64,000 bases of DNA from Candidatus Krumholzibacteriota bacterium (GTDB lineage: Bacteria > Krumholzibacteriota > Krumholzibacteriia > JAJRXK01). A model generated the notes under the pieces. That model was not told the origin of the DNA and did not search any database. It was given only the letters and a program-made list of their open reading frames with translations. Position numbers and translations under genes: made by a program. The stretch lies in contig JAJDAC010000023.1 in the NCBI GenBank assembly GCA_029262065.1, forward strand, positions 3,828 through 67,827. The letters run 5' to 3'. This document shows positions 47,730 to 55,935 of the stretch, in pieces. The number at the start of each line of letters is the position of its first letter. The stretch's first letter is position 1.

Positions 47730-48548
47730 GTGTTGCCCAATCCTACCGCAGCCGAACTCAAGGCGTTCATTGTTCAGATGTTGGACGAAGTCTCGCCCTA
47801 CGCGCGCGAGCAATTTGGTCAAACTGGTCCACTTCGTTTCAAGATGGGCCATGAGGCCATAACCCACGTCGATGCCGAGATAGAGGACCGTCTTTCTGGA
47901 CGAATTCTGGACCGTTTTCCCGACCACGGGATACACGGCGAGGAACGCGGCCGCCAGGGCGAGTCGGCGGCCTGGCAGTGGCATATCGATCCCATCGACG
48001 GCACGCTGAACTACTCGTTGGGTATTCCGCTGTTCAGTTGCTCGGTGGCGGTTAGCCACAACGACCAACTGGTGGCGGGGGGCGTGGCCGACCCGCTGCG
48101 TGGCGAGATCTTCTCGGCCGGCCGGGGCGAAGGTGCGTATGTGGGGCAGGAGCGAATCCATGTAAGTAACCGCGTGTGGCTGGGCGAGGCCATCGTCAGC
48201 CTGCAAACGTCGCGTCAGGGGATCTTCGTTCGGGACCGAGAGCTACTACAGAAAGTCCATATCGATCCGCTCAAGACGCGGCGTCTGGGTTCCATTGCTC
48301 TCGAACTCGCCTTCGTCGCCGCGGGTCGCTTCGACCTGCTGCTCGCGGGTAAGAAGGTTCCTCAGAATCTATACGATGTAGCGGCGGGGTTGTTACTGGT
48401 GGAGGAAGCCGGGGGGCGCGTCACCGACGGTCAGGGTAAACCGTTTCGCGAGGGCTCGATCGAGCTGGTGGCCAGCAATGGGCACATTCACGACGAATCC
48501 CTGGCCATGGTCGAGCCGTATATTTCTTCCGATTCGTCGAATAGCTGA
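47730..48548 (+). CDS. Inositol monophosphatase family protein (SuhB/CysQ-like)
   Basis: WHIDPIDGTLNY and the GG..DxxxG motifs. Start placed at the in-frame GTG at 47730, and the track ORF start inside the promoter region was rejected. Confidence 0.85.
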   Translation: MLPNPTAAELKAFIVQMLDEVSPYAREQFGQTGPLRFKMGHEAITHVDAEIEDRLSGRILDRFPDHGIHGEERGRQGESAAWQWHIDPIDGTLNYSLGIPLFSCSVAVSHNDQLVAGGVADPLRGEIFSAGRGEGAYVGQERIHVSNRVWLGEAIVSLQTSRQGIFVRDRELLQKVHIDPLKTRRLGSIALELAFVAAGRFDLLLAGKKVPQNLYDVAAGLLLVEEAGGRVTDGQGKPFREGSIELVASNGHIHDESLAMVEPYISSDSSNS

Positions 48549-48550
48549 GC

Positions 48551-50260
48551 GTGCTGGCCTCATCCACAGCCCGCTCCGCTTTGTTGGTGGTCGCGGTGGC
48601 GACCGCGGTCCGGATCTTCGTGGCCATCGACGCGCAAGACGCTCCCTTCTGGAGCGTGCCCGTGGTCGACGAAGTAACCTACCTAAGACTTGCCGAGAGC
48701 ATGGTCAACGGCGTGGCGCCGCCGCATGGCGCGTACTACGTGGCGCCGGGCTACGCGTACTTCCTGGCGGGCGTGTTGAAGGCCGGTGGCCAGGTTCCGT
48801 TCGTCAAAGCCTTGCAGTTGATTCTGGGCGTAGCCAACTCACTTCTCATCTTCTTGCTGGCACGGCGATACTTCTCGCGCCCGGTGGCGGTAGCCGCGGC
48901 ATTGCTGTGGTGCCTGCACCCGGTGGCTCTGTTGCACGAACTGTTGCTGCTCAAACCCACCATCACTGTGTTTCTGGCGCTTCTGGGTCTGGTTCTCACC
49001 GGCGGGCGTACGTGGGTTCACTGGGCCGGTGTGGGCTTGGCGTTCGGCGCGGCCGCGCTGTTTCGGGGCGAAATGTTGGTAGTGGGGGCCTGCTTGCTCA
49101 CGGCGGGGGTCGGGGCGCGCCTTCGCGGCTGGCCGGGCGCTCCATCGTGGCCATCCACGGTCGCTGGCGCGCTGGCGTTGGCCGCGGTGGTGGCCTTGCC
49201 CACCGTCCAGAATCTGGCAAACGGTGGAGGTCCCGTGATCATCGCCTTTGGCGGTGGCTCAAATTTCTACATCGGTAACAACCCCCGGGCCGACGGTAGC
49301 TACATTCCGCTGCGGCCCGACCGAAGCGATGCGTTGTTCGAAGCCAATGACGCGGTGGCGCTGGCTCGTCAGGGCGCCGGACAGCCGCTGAACGCATCGG
49401 CTGTCTCGCGCTGGTGGACCCTGCAAGGCTTGAACTGGTGGAAGGAACAGCCCGCGGACGCGATCGTCCTCACCCTGAAGAAGTCGTTGTTGGTGTGGGG
49501 CTGGTGGGAGGGTAACGATGTCATGTCGGCAAACATCGCTTCACGCTGGGTCGCCGCTCTGAAACTGCGCGTAGTGCGGGCGGGCTGGATCTTGCCCTTG
49601 GCTCTGGTTGGGGTATTCGTTCTGCGGGCTCGCCGGGAACTGTGGCCGTTGTGGGTGTTTCTTGTGGCCACTCACCTTGCCCTGGTTCCGTTCTTCATGT
49701 TCGAACGATTTCGATTGCCGCTTACCGCGGTGGCGTTGCCTTTGGCCGTCGCCGCGCTGCATTGGATCTTCGTGCAGGCAAGGGCCAACCGTATCGGTCC
49801 GACGCTGGCGGGGCTGGGCGCGGCGTTGGCATTGGTGTTGGGCCTGGCGTTGCCGAGCGTATCGCGCAACGAGCAGATCCTACGCGTGAACGTAGGCGGC
49901 ATGCTGCTGCAGCAGGGGCGGTTTCAGGAGGCATTGGACGAATTCATGATCGTGCGTCGCGAGGCGCCCGAAGCGAAACGCATCGAGATCAACCTGGCCA
50001 ACACCTACATGCAGCTGGGTCGCAACGACGAGGCATTGCGGTCCCTGAGAACGGCGTTGCAGTACCTGTACGCCGAGGGTCAGGCCACTGGACAACCCGC
50101 GGTAGAGGAAATTGTCTACTGCCACGAACTCGCCGGTGATCTGCAGCACTCGACGGGCCAGGGGGTTCTGGCGGCCAAACAATACGAGCAAGCACTGCGA
50201 TATCAGCCCCAGAACGCTCGTTTGCGTCAAAAACTGTCCGCCGTACGCGGCCGTCCTTGA
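48551..50260 (+). CDS. GT39/ArnT-like polytopic glycosyltransferase family protein with C-terminal TPR repeats
   Basis: GTG start overlapping the upstream stop. About 11 TM helices in a PMT/ArnT-like arrangement with an early acidic loop (VVDEVTY). The C-terminal soluble TPR segment contains QQGRFQEALDEF...ANTYMQLGRNDEAL. Confidence 0.7.
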   Translation: MLASSTARSALLVVAVATAVRIFVAIDAQDAPFWSVPVVDEVTYLRLAESMVNGVAPPHGAYYVAPGYAYFLAGVLKAGGQVPFVKALQLILGVANSLLIFLLARRYFSRPVAVAAALLWCLHPVALLHELLLLKPTITVFLALLGLVLTGGRTWVHWAGVGLAFGAAALFRGEMLVVGACLLTAGVGARLRGWPGAPSWPSTVAGALALAAVVALPTVQNLANGGGPVIIAFGGGSNFYIGNNPRADGSYIPLRPDRSDALFEANDAVALARQGAGQPLNASAVSRWWTLQGLNWWKEQPADAIVLTLKKSLLVWGWWEGNDVMSANIASRWVAALKLRVVRAGWILPLALVGVFVLRARRELWPLWVFLVATHLALVPFFMFERFRLPLTAVALPLAVAALHWIFVQARANRIGPTLAGLGAALALVLGLALPSVSRNEQILRVNVGGMLLQQGRFQEALDEFMIVRREAPEAKRIEINLANTYMQLGRNDEALRSLRTALQYLYAEGQATGQPAVEEIVYCHELAGDLQHSTGQGVLAAKQYEQALRYQPQNARLRQKLSAVRGRP

Positions 50261-50293
50261 ACCGCGCGGTTGGCGGCGGATATCCTTGTACAC

Positions 50294-52792
50294 ATGATTC
50301 TCCGCCTAGCTTCAGTCGCCTTGCTCGTGGCGATGGCCGCCGTGCCCGTGCAGGCTCGTACGTGGTACGGAGGCGGACCGGCCGGCGGATGGATCACCGA
50401 CCTTCTGCGTCCCACCGGTCCCACCGGATTCGTCTACGCGGCGACCTGGTTCGGCGGCGTATTCCGTAGCGGTGACAATGGCGCCACGTGGCAGGACTTC
50501 ACCGGTGACCTCGATGGCGTCCTGGTTTGGGATCTCGCATTCGCGTTCGATGGCACCTCGAGTCCGGCGGTGTTCGCGGCCACCGAGGACCGGGGCGTGT
50601 TCCGGGCTTTCGCCGGTCAGCCATGGGAAGCTGTGAATCGCGGCATCAGCACGCCCGACCCCGTGCCCGCCCGGGCACTTCAGATCCATCCGCACGACAT
50701 CGATGTAGTTACGGTGGCCACCAGCAACGGTATCTACACCAGCAACAACGGCGGTACGGACTGGCCCGATTCGTTGCATTGGTTACCGGGGTTCTCATTC
50801 AGCGACGTGGAAGTGTCGCCTCTGGCGCCCGTTACCATCTACGCCATGCAGAGTCAGGACCTGTATGTGAGCCCCGACAAGGGTCGCCGGTTCGACAAGT
50901 TGGGCGTTGAACAAGGTCTGCCGCCCAACGCCCTCTGGGTGGATGTGGAATTATTCGCAGCCAGTCTCGACACCATCATGGTGGCGTCGACGGCCCGCGG
51001 TGTATACGCGAGCGTTGATGCCGGCGAGAACTTCGCATACATCGGTCCCGCGCTCGAGAGCGAGCGCAACGGCATCATTCGGAGCATGACCACCGACGAT
51101 GAAAATGGCGCGTTGATTCTGGCCAGCGAAGACGGCGTGTTCAAGACGTACGACCTGGGCGATACCTGGGAAACGCTGATCAGTGGACTGGGCGTGGCCG
51201 CGCCACAGGTTTACGACGTTCTGGTTGACGACGCGGCGGACCAGACGCTGTTACTGGGAACGTTTCGTCACGGTGTGGTGCGCACCGGCCCGGGGGGGCA
51301 CGGTTGGCAGGAACAGAACCAGGGCCTGAACGCTTCGTTGAGTCGCGCGCTGCATGTACAAGGCGACGACGTGCTCGTGGGCACGGCCCACGGCGGTCTG
51401 TATCACAGCCAGGACGCCGCGAACAGCTGGCTCGACGTACGCGGCAACCTCGACGCCATCCAGATCAAGGACGTACACCGGTTCGTGTCGAGCGGCCGCT
51501 GGCTCGTGGCCTCCAGCGACGGCGTCTGGTTGAGCGACGATCAGGGTGATACCTGGCGAATGCCCACGATCCCGCCGGTCGAAACCAATGCCAACCGGTT
51601 CGTGGCACATGATGACCTGGGTGACACGGGCGTGTTCGTGGGTACGATTGCCGGCGTCTACAAATCGAACGACCAGGGTGACGTGTGGTCGCTGGTCACC
51701 GGCGTTCCCGCTACGCAGAACTACCTGGCCTTGGAATACGATCTTCAGACGCAGCAACTGTGGATCGGCGGCCTGAACGACGCGTTCTACGTGGGTCCGC
51801 CGCAGGGACCGTTCGAACGATTCGTGCCGCCACCGGGGGTGAGCCGGGCGATGTTCGATTTCGCCTTTCCGGGCACCGGAGCCATCGTGGCCTCGGGCAG
51901 CGATCTGTATCACCTGATTCCCGAACCCGGCGGTTATCAGGTGGTGTCCCTGGGTAACGGTCTTCCGTTTGGTGGTTTCGAGTCGGGTCCGGCGGTGAAG
52001 CAGGTCGAATACGACGCGCTGCGCGATCGCCTGTTCGTGGGGCTGAGTGAACGCGGCGTGTTCGAGGGGTCGGTCGTGGGTGGTCCGTGGGTAGCGCACG
52101 ACAGCGGATTGCGCGTACCGCGTATTGAACGACTGGTGTACTCCGAGGAATCGCAATTGTTGTACGCGGCCACGTTTGGCGGCGGTGTGTTTGCCCTGGA
52201 CGCGAGCGTTGGTGTGGCCGTACTCATGGGGGCTTTCGAGGCACGGTTGCGCAGCAGTTCCAACTGGGTGGACCTGACGTTCGAGTTGTTCGAAATGGCC
52301 TCGGTGGAAATCCTGCGATCGGTGGATGGCGGCCCTTTTGATCGCGTCTGGTACGGCTCCGCGATTTCGGCCGGCAGCCATACCGCCACCGATCAGCCAA
52401 CCGGTGCCGACCGATTCGTCGAATACCAATTGGTGGCTCGTTTCGACGAGGAAGTTGGTCAAGGCCAGGAAATCCGGCGGGGTGCACGCGTGCAGGTGCA
52501 GGGCCCGGCCCAGCTGTCGTTCAAGCTGGGTCCCAATTGGCCGAATCCGTTCAATCCTCGCACCACGATTCCGGTGGAACTCGTGGCCGCTTCGGATGTG
52601 CAACTGGAAGTCATCGATGTGCGCGGGCGCCGCGTTGCTCGGCTTTTTCGCGGGGTTCTGGAGCCCGGGCGCCACGAGTTCGTGTGGAACGGCAACGACG
52701 AGCGCGACATGCCGCTGCCCTCGGGCGTGTACCAGATCCGGCTTCGTGCCGGGCAGCATGTTCGCACCCATTCCATGACGCTGCTACGTTAG
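50294..52792 (+). CDS. Secreted BNR/Asp-box beta-propeller protein with a T9SS C-terminal sorting domain
   Basis: Signal peptide. Repeated SxDxGxTW motifs (SGDNGATWQD, SNNGGTDWPDS, SVDAGENF, SQDAANSWLD, SDDQGDTWRM, SNDQGDVWSL). C-terminal PNWPNPFNPRTTI...GVYQIRLRAG...MTLLR matches the T9SS CTD. Confidence 0.75.
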   Translation: MILRLASVALLVAMAAVPVQARTWYGGGPAGGWITDLLRPTGPTGFVYAATWFGGVFRSGDNGATWQDFTGDLDGVLVWDLAFAFDGTSSPAVFAATEDRGVFRAFAGQPWEAVNRGISTPDPVPARALQIHPHDIDVVTVATSNGIYTSNNGGTDWPDSLHWLPGFSFSDVEVSPLAPVTIYAMQSQDLYVSPDKGRRFDKLGVEQGLPPNALWVDVELFAASLDTIMVASTARGVYASVDAGENFAYIGPALESERNGIIRSMTTDDENGALILASEDGVFKTYDLGDTWETLISGLGVAAPQVYDVLVDDAADQTLLLGTFRHGVVRTGPGGHGWQEQNQGLNASLSRALHVQGDDVLVGTAHGGLYHSQDAANSWLDVRGNLDAIQIKDVHRFVSSGRWLVASSDGVWLSDDQGDTWRMPTIPPVETNANRFVAHDDLGDTGVFVGTIAGVYKSNDQGDVWSLVTGVPATQNYLALEYDLQTQQLWIGGLNDAFYVGPPQGPFERFVPPPGVSRAMFDFAFPGTGAIVASGSDLYHLIPEPGGYQVVSLGNGLPFGGFESGPAVKQVEYDALRDRLFVGLSERGVFEGSVVGGPWVAHDSGLRVPRIERLVYSEESQLLYAATFGGGVFALDASVGVAVLMGAFEARLRSSSNWVDLTFELFEMASVEILRSVDGGPFDRVWYGSAISAGSHTATDQPTGADRFVEYQLVARFDEEVGQGQEIRRGARVQVQGPAQLSFKLGPNWPNPFNPRTTIPVELVAASDVQLEVIDVRGRRVARLFRGVLEPGRHEFVWNGNDERDMPLPSGVYQIRLRAGQHVRTHSMTLLR

Positions 52793-52828
52793 ACGTCTTC
52801 TGCTTTCCAATTCAAGAATCAGGTCAGG

Positions 52829-54130
52829 TTGGGCATGCGTAGGTTTTCGTGGTTGATACCGTGGACGTTGGCGCTCGGTAGCGTTCAGTTGGTGGCGTGT
52901 GGCGACTCCATACCGGAATCGTTGGAATCGCCGGTGGTGGTCATTGGCGTTGATAGCGCCGATTGGGTTTGGATCGACCAGCACGTCGCCGCCGGGGCGA
53001 TGCCCAACATCAAGCGGCTGTACGAAGGCGGGGTGCGGGCCAACCTGGCCAGCCTGCAACCGCCGTCGAAATCGCCCACCATCTGGACTTCCATCGCCAC
53101 CGGTAAGCGACCGGTGAAGCACGGCATAGCCGGGTTCATCGACAATAGCGGACGTCCCGAAAATCAGTCGGGCCGGGCGGCGGCTACGTACTGGGAAATC
53201 CTGGGCGGTCTGGGGCAGCCGCAGGCGGTCATTGGTTGGTGGGTGACCCACCCGGCCACGCGGGTGAACGGCGCGTTGGTAAGCGACTACGTGCAGTACT
53301 ACGATGGTCGTGGCAAGCAGCTACCCAACGCTACGTATCCGCCCGAACTGGCCGACGAGTTGAACGACCTGCGGGTGGATCCCGACACCATCACGTTCGA
53401 TGATCTCGCGCGGTTCCTGGACCCGGCGATCGCCCACGCTCACGCCGAAGAGGCCGAGAAGGTACTGGGCGAATTGAAGTGGATCTACGCGGCTGACGAG
53501 ACGTTTCGCCGCATTGCCAAACACATGTATTCGCCGGGAAAGTACGACGTGTTCACGGTGTACTTCCGCGGGCTCGATGCCGTGAGTCACGCCTACTGGC
53601 GTTACTACAAGCCGGGCAGCGTGCACCTGATGGCCGACCCGTGGCTGCGGGAAATGTTGGCTGACCTTATTCCGCGCTACCACGCCTACGTGGACGAGTT
53701 GTTGGGTGAGATTCTTGGCTACATCGATCCGCAGAGTCGGGTGTTGTTGTGTAGTGATCATGGATTCGTGGGTCATGTGTCCACCAAGCGTGGCCCCAGT
53801 CTGGGCGTGGGCATGCATCGAGATGATGGCATCCTGGTCATGAACGGCCCCGGTATTCGCAAGGCGGCCACCCTCGATCGCGCGGGGGTAAAAGACATCA
53901 TGCCCACGCTGTTGGCCATGCGAGGCATTCCTCCATCACGGGATCTCGACGGGCATCTTCTGGGCGATGCGTTCGAACCAGCTGTGCAGAAGTGGTTCGA
54001 TGCACTCCTGGCCGACGCGGTGCCCAGCTACGATGCATTCCTGGTGCGCGCTGACGACGGTGGCCAAGCCGATTCCCAGGTGGAAGACGAGATTCTTGAG
54101 CGCCTGCGTAGCCTGGGCTATATAGACTGA
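52829..54130 (+). CDS. Alkaline phosphatase superfamily lipoprotein (nucleotide pyrophosphatase/phosphodiesterase-like)
   Basis: Lipobox LVAC. VVIGVDSADW and PTIWTSIATG metal-site motifs. ...LLCSDHGF. Confidence 0.75.
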   Translation: MGMRRFSWLIPWTLALGSVQLVACGDSIPESLESPVVVIGVDSADWVWIDQHVAAGAMPNIKRLYEGGVRANLASLQPPSKSPTIWTSIATGKRPVKHGIAGFIDNSGRPENQSGRAAATYWEILGGLGQPQAVIGWWVTHPATRVNGALVSDYVQYYDGRGKQLPNATYPPELADELNDLRVDPDTITFDDLARFLDPAIAHAHAEEAEKVLGELKWIYAADETFRRIAKHMYSPGKYDVFTVYFRGLDAVSHAYWRYYKPGSVHLMADPWLREMLADLIPRYHAYVDELLGEILGYIDPQSRVLLCSDHGFVGHVSTKRGPSLGVGMHRDDGILVMNGPGIRKAATLDRAGVKDIMPTLLAMRGIPPSRDLDGHLLGDAFEPAVQKWFDALLADAVPSYDAFLVRADDGGQADSQVEDEILERLRSLGYID

Positions 54131-54197
54131 TGGCCTTGCTTGACCCCGTGCGGCGGGCCTATTTTGAACGTGATGTCCCTCTACCCGGATTGGTCCC

Positions 54198-54803
54198 ATG
54201 AAGCTACGCCTTTTCTTTGCCTGCCTGTTCGGTTGGAGCTTCGCGCTGGGAATGGTGTTTCCTGGTTCGCTTGGCGCCCAGCGGGCGGTGGTGGAGGAAC
54301 CATGGCAGGGGTGGCACGGGCCCCCAGCCGACGGCGCATACGGTGTGCGCTTTGGGATGGATCGGTTCATGGTGGGTGAGATCCTGGTGTCCAAGGGACT
54401 CAAGGCGCGCGGATCGCGATCGGGCACGCAGCGTTACGCGGGCAAGATCGGCGGTCGTCCGGCCGAGCTTGTGGCCGAATTCCACGACGACGCCGCGGGA
54501 GGTCTGGGCGGACGCCTCATGCGCATTCAGATCAGATGGAAGGAATTGGGTGGCGGTGCCGGGCGTGCCCTGGCGTTGTTCCATTCTCACGCCGAACGTC
54601 TTGCCAAAAACTACGGAGCGCCGATGGTCGAACAGGACACCAACGCCAGCGAGCTCGAGACCGGTCGCGGCGTGGCCAAGCGGTTGTTCCGTGGCGTGGA
54701 GGCGCAGACCGTGTTGGAGTTGAAAGCGTCGCGCCCGCGTCGCTACGACCTGACCATTCTCATCGATTCACCGCAGATCCACCCGGATCTGGCGGGGCGC
54801 TGA
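54198..54803 (+). CDS. Hypothetical secreted protein
   Basis: Signal peptide (MKLRLFFACLFGWSFALGMVFPGSLGA). No recognisable domain. Confidence 0.5.
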   Translation: MKLRLFFACLFGWSFALGMVFPGSLGAQRAVVEEPWQGWHGPPADGAYGVRFGMDRFMVGEILVSKGLKARGSRSGTQRYAGKIGGRPAELVAEFHDDAAGGLGGRLMRIQIRWKELGGGAGRALALFHSHAERLAKNYGAPMVEQDTNASELETGRGVAKRLFRGVEAQTVLELKASRPRRYDLTILIDSPQIHPDLAGR

Positions 54804-54990
54804 CGAAGCCGATTTTCTTTGCTTGGGAAAAAGCGGCGACCCCGGTCGGCAAGGTGACCGGGGTCGTGGCGAGAAACCGCTTTGTCGACCGAATGGCGGC
54901 ATGGGGTGAGCTTTGGGCCACTCGGGACAACTCGGATCATAGCGATTCCGTGACCTTCAAGTCAAGTCTCTCGCCGCGACCCCGGTTGCT

Positions 54991-55935
54991 CTAGGGATCA
55001 CGGGGCAGGACGGTCAATCCAATCGAATCGACAGAAGCCGACCCGAACAGGCCGATTCCGCCCTCTACGTGAAACAAGGGCCGATCGAAGCCGTCGCCCG
55101 TGTTGCCTCCGACCGTGAAGCCAGCCTCTGCCTCTGGAAGTGATCGCACCAGGTCGAACCAGTTTCGGTCGACCGAGTACACGTAGAATTTGTAGCGACC
55201 GGCGAAATAGATGGCCAACCAGGGCAGTCGAATCTCACCCTCTTCGGCGACGAACATGGGTGAACTGATAATGCGATCGAGATCATCAAAGTCTTCCTCA
55301 TCGAAGAACTCGGGGTCGATCACGAAGTCTGAGTCGAGGTCAAGGCTGAAAAGCCCCACCTCGTAGGCAATCTGGCGCGGGTCGGACAGGTCGCGGGCAA
55401 AGCGTGCCTCGAGCAGTCCGTCGGAGTACACCACCTGGTTGTCTTCGTAGACCTGGTCGCCTACGTCTTCGAAGTGGGTGAACTCACCCACCACCTCGGT
55501 CCCGTCGTCGTTCAGCACCAGCCAATCGATAGCACCAACGCGGGGTGGCGTCCGCGTGCGCGCGGTGATCAGTTCGTCGTCGGCGGTCAGCACGCGCAAT
55601 TCGTACATGGTGTCGGGCATCACGAGCGCGGCCGGGTCACCGGGCACGTACACGCCGCGTTGATCGGGCGACCGCACATAGAACAGCTCCATGCCGTCGC
55701 CAGTGATTCGCACGTCGGCGTTCTCTTCCACCGCAGCCACCGGATCGAACGGTTGGGTCGGGTCGAGCGTGCGGCCCACGCGAATGGCGGGAAATCGGGC
55801 GTCCACGCGTAGCACCGCGTCGACAACCACGACGCCTACTTCATTGGCGTTGAACAGATCGCGTTCGCATCCGGTGCTTGGCACCAGCGACGAAATCCCG
55901 ATCAAGAAGCCCAGGATTCTGGTTCTAGAATTCAA
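54991..55935 (-). CDS. Hypothetical lipoprotein encoded immediately downstream of the TonB-dependent receptor (DUF4249-like position)
   Basis: Lipobox LVPSTGC. Acidic. The start overlaps the TBDR stop. Confidence 0.6.
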   Translation of the reverse strand: MNSRTRILGFLIGISSLVPSTGCERDLFNANEVGVVVVDAVLRVDARFPAIRVGRTLDPTQPFDPVAAVEENADVRITGDGMELFYVRSPDQRGVYVPGDPAALVMPDTMYELRVLTADDELITARTRTPPRVGAIDWLVLNDDGTEVVGEFTHFEDVGDQVYEDNQVVYSDGLLEARFARDLSDPRQIAYEVGLFSLDLDSDFVIDPEFFDEEDFDDLDRIISSPMFVAEEGEIRLPWLAIYFAGRYKFYVYSVDRNWFDLVRSLPEAEAGFTVGGNTGDGFDRPLFHVEGGIGLFGSASVDSIGLTVLPRDP

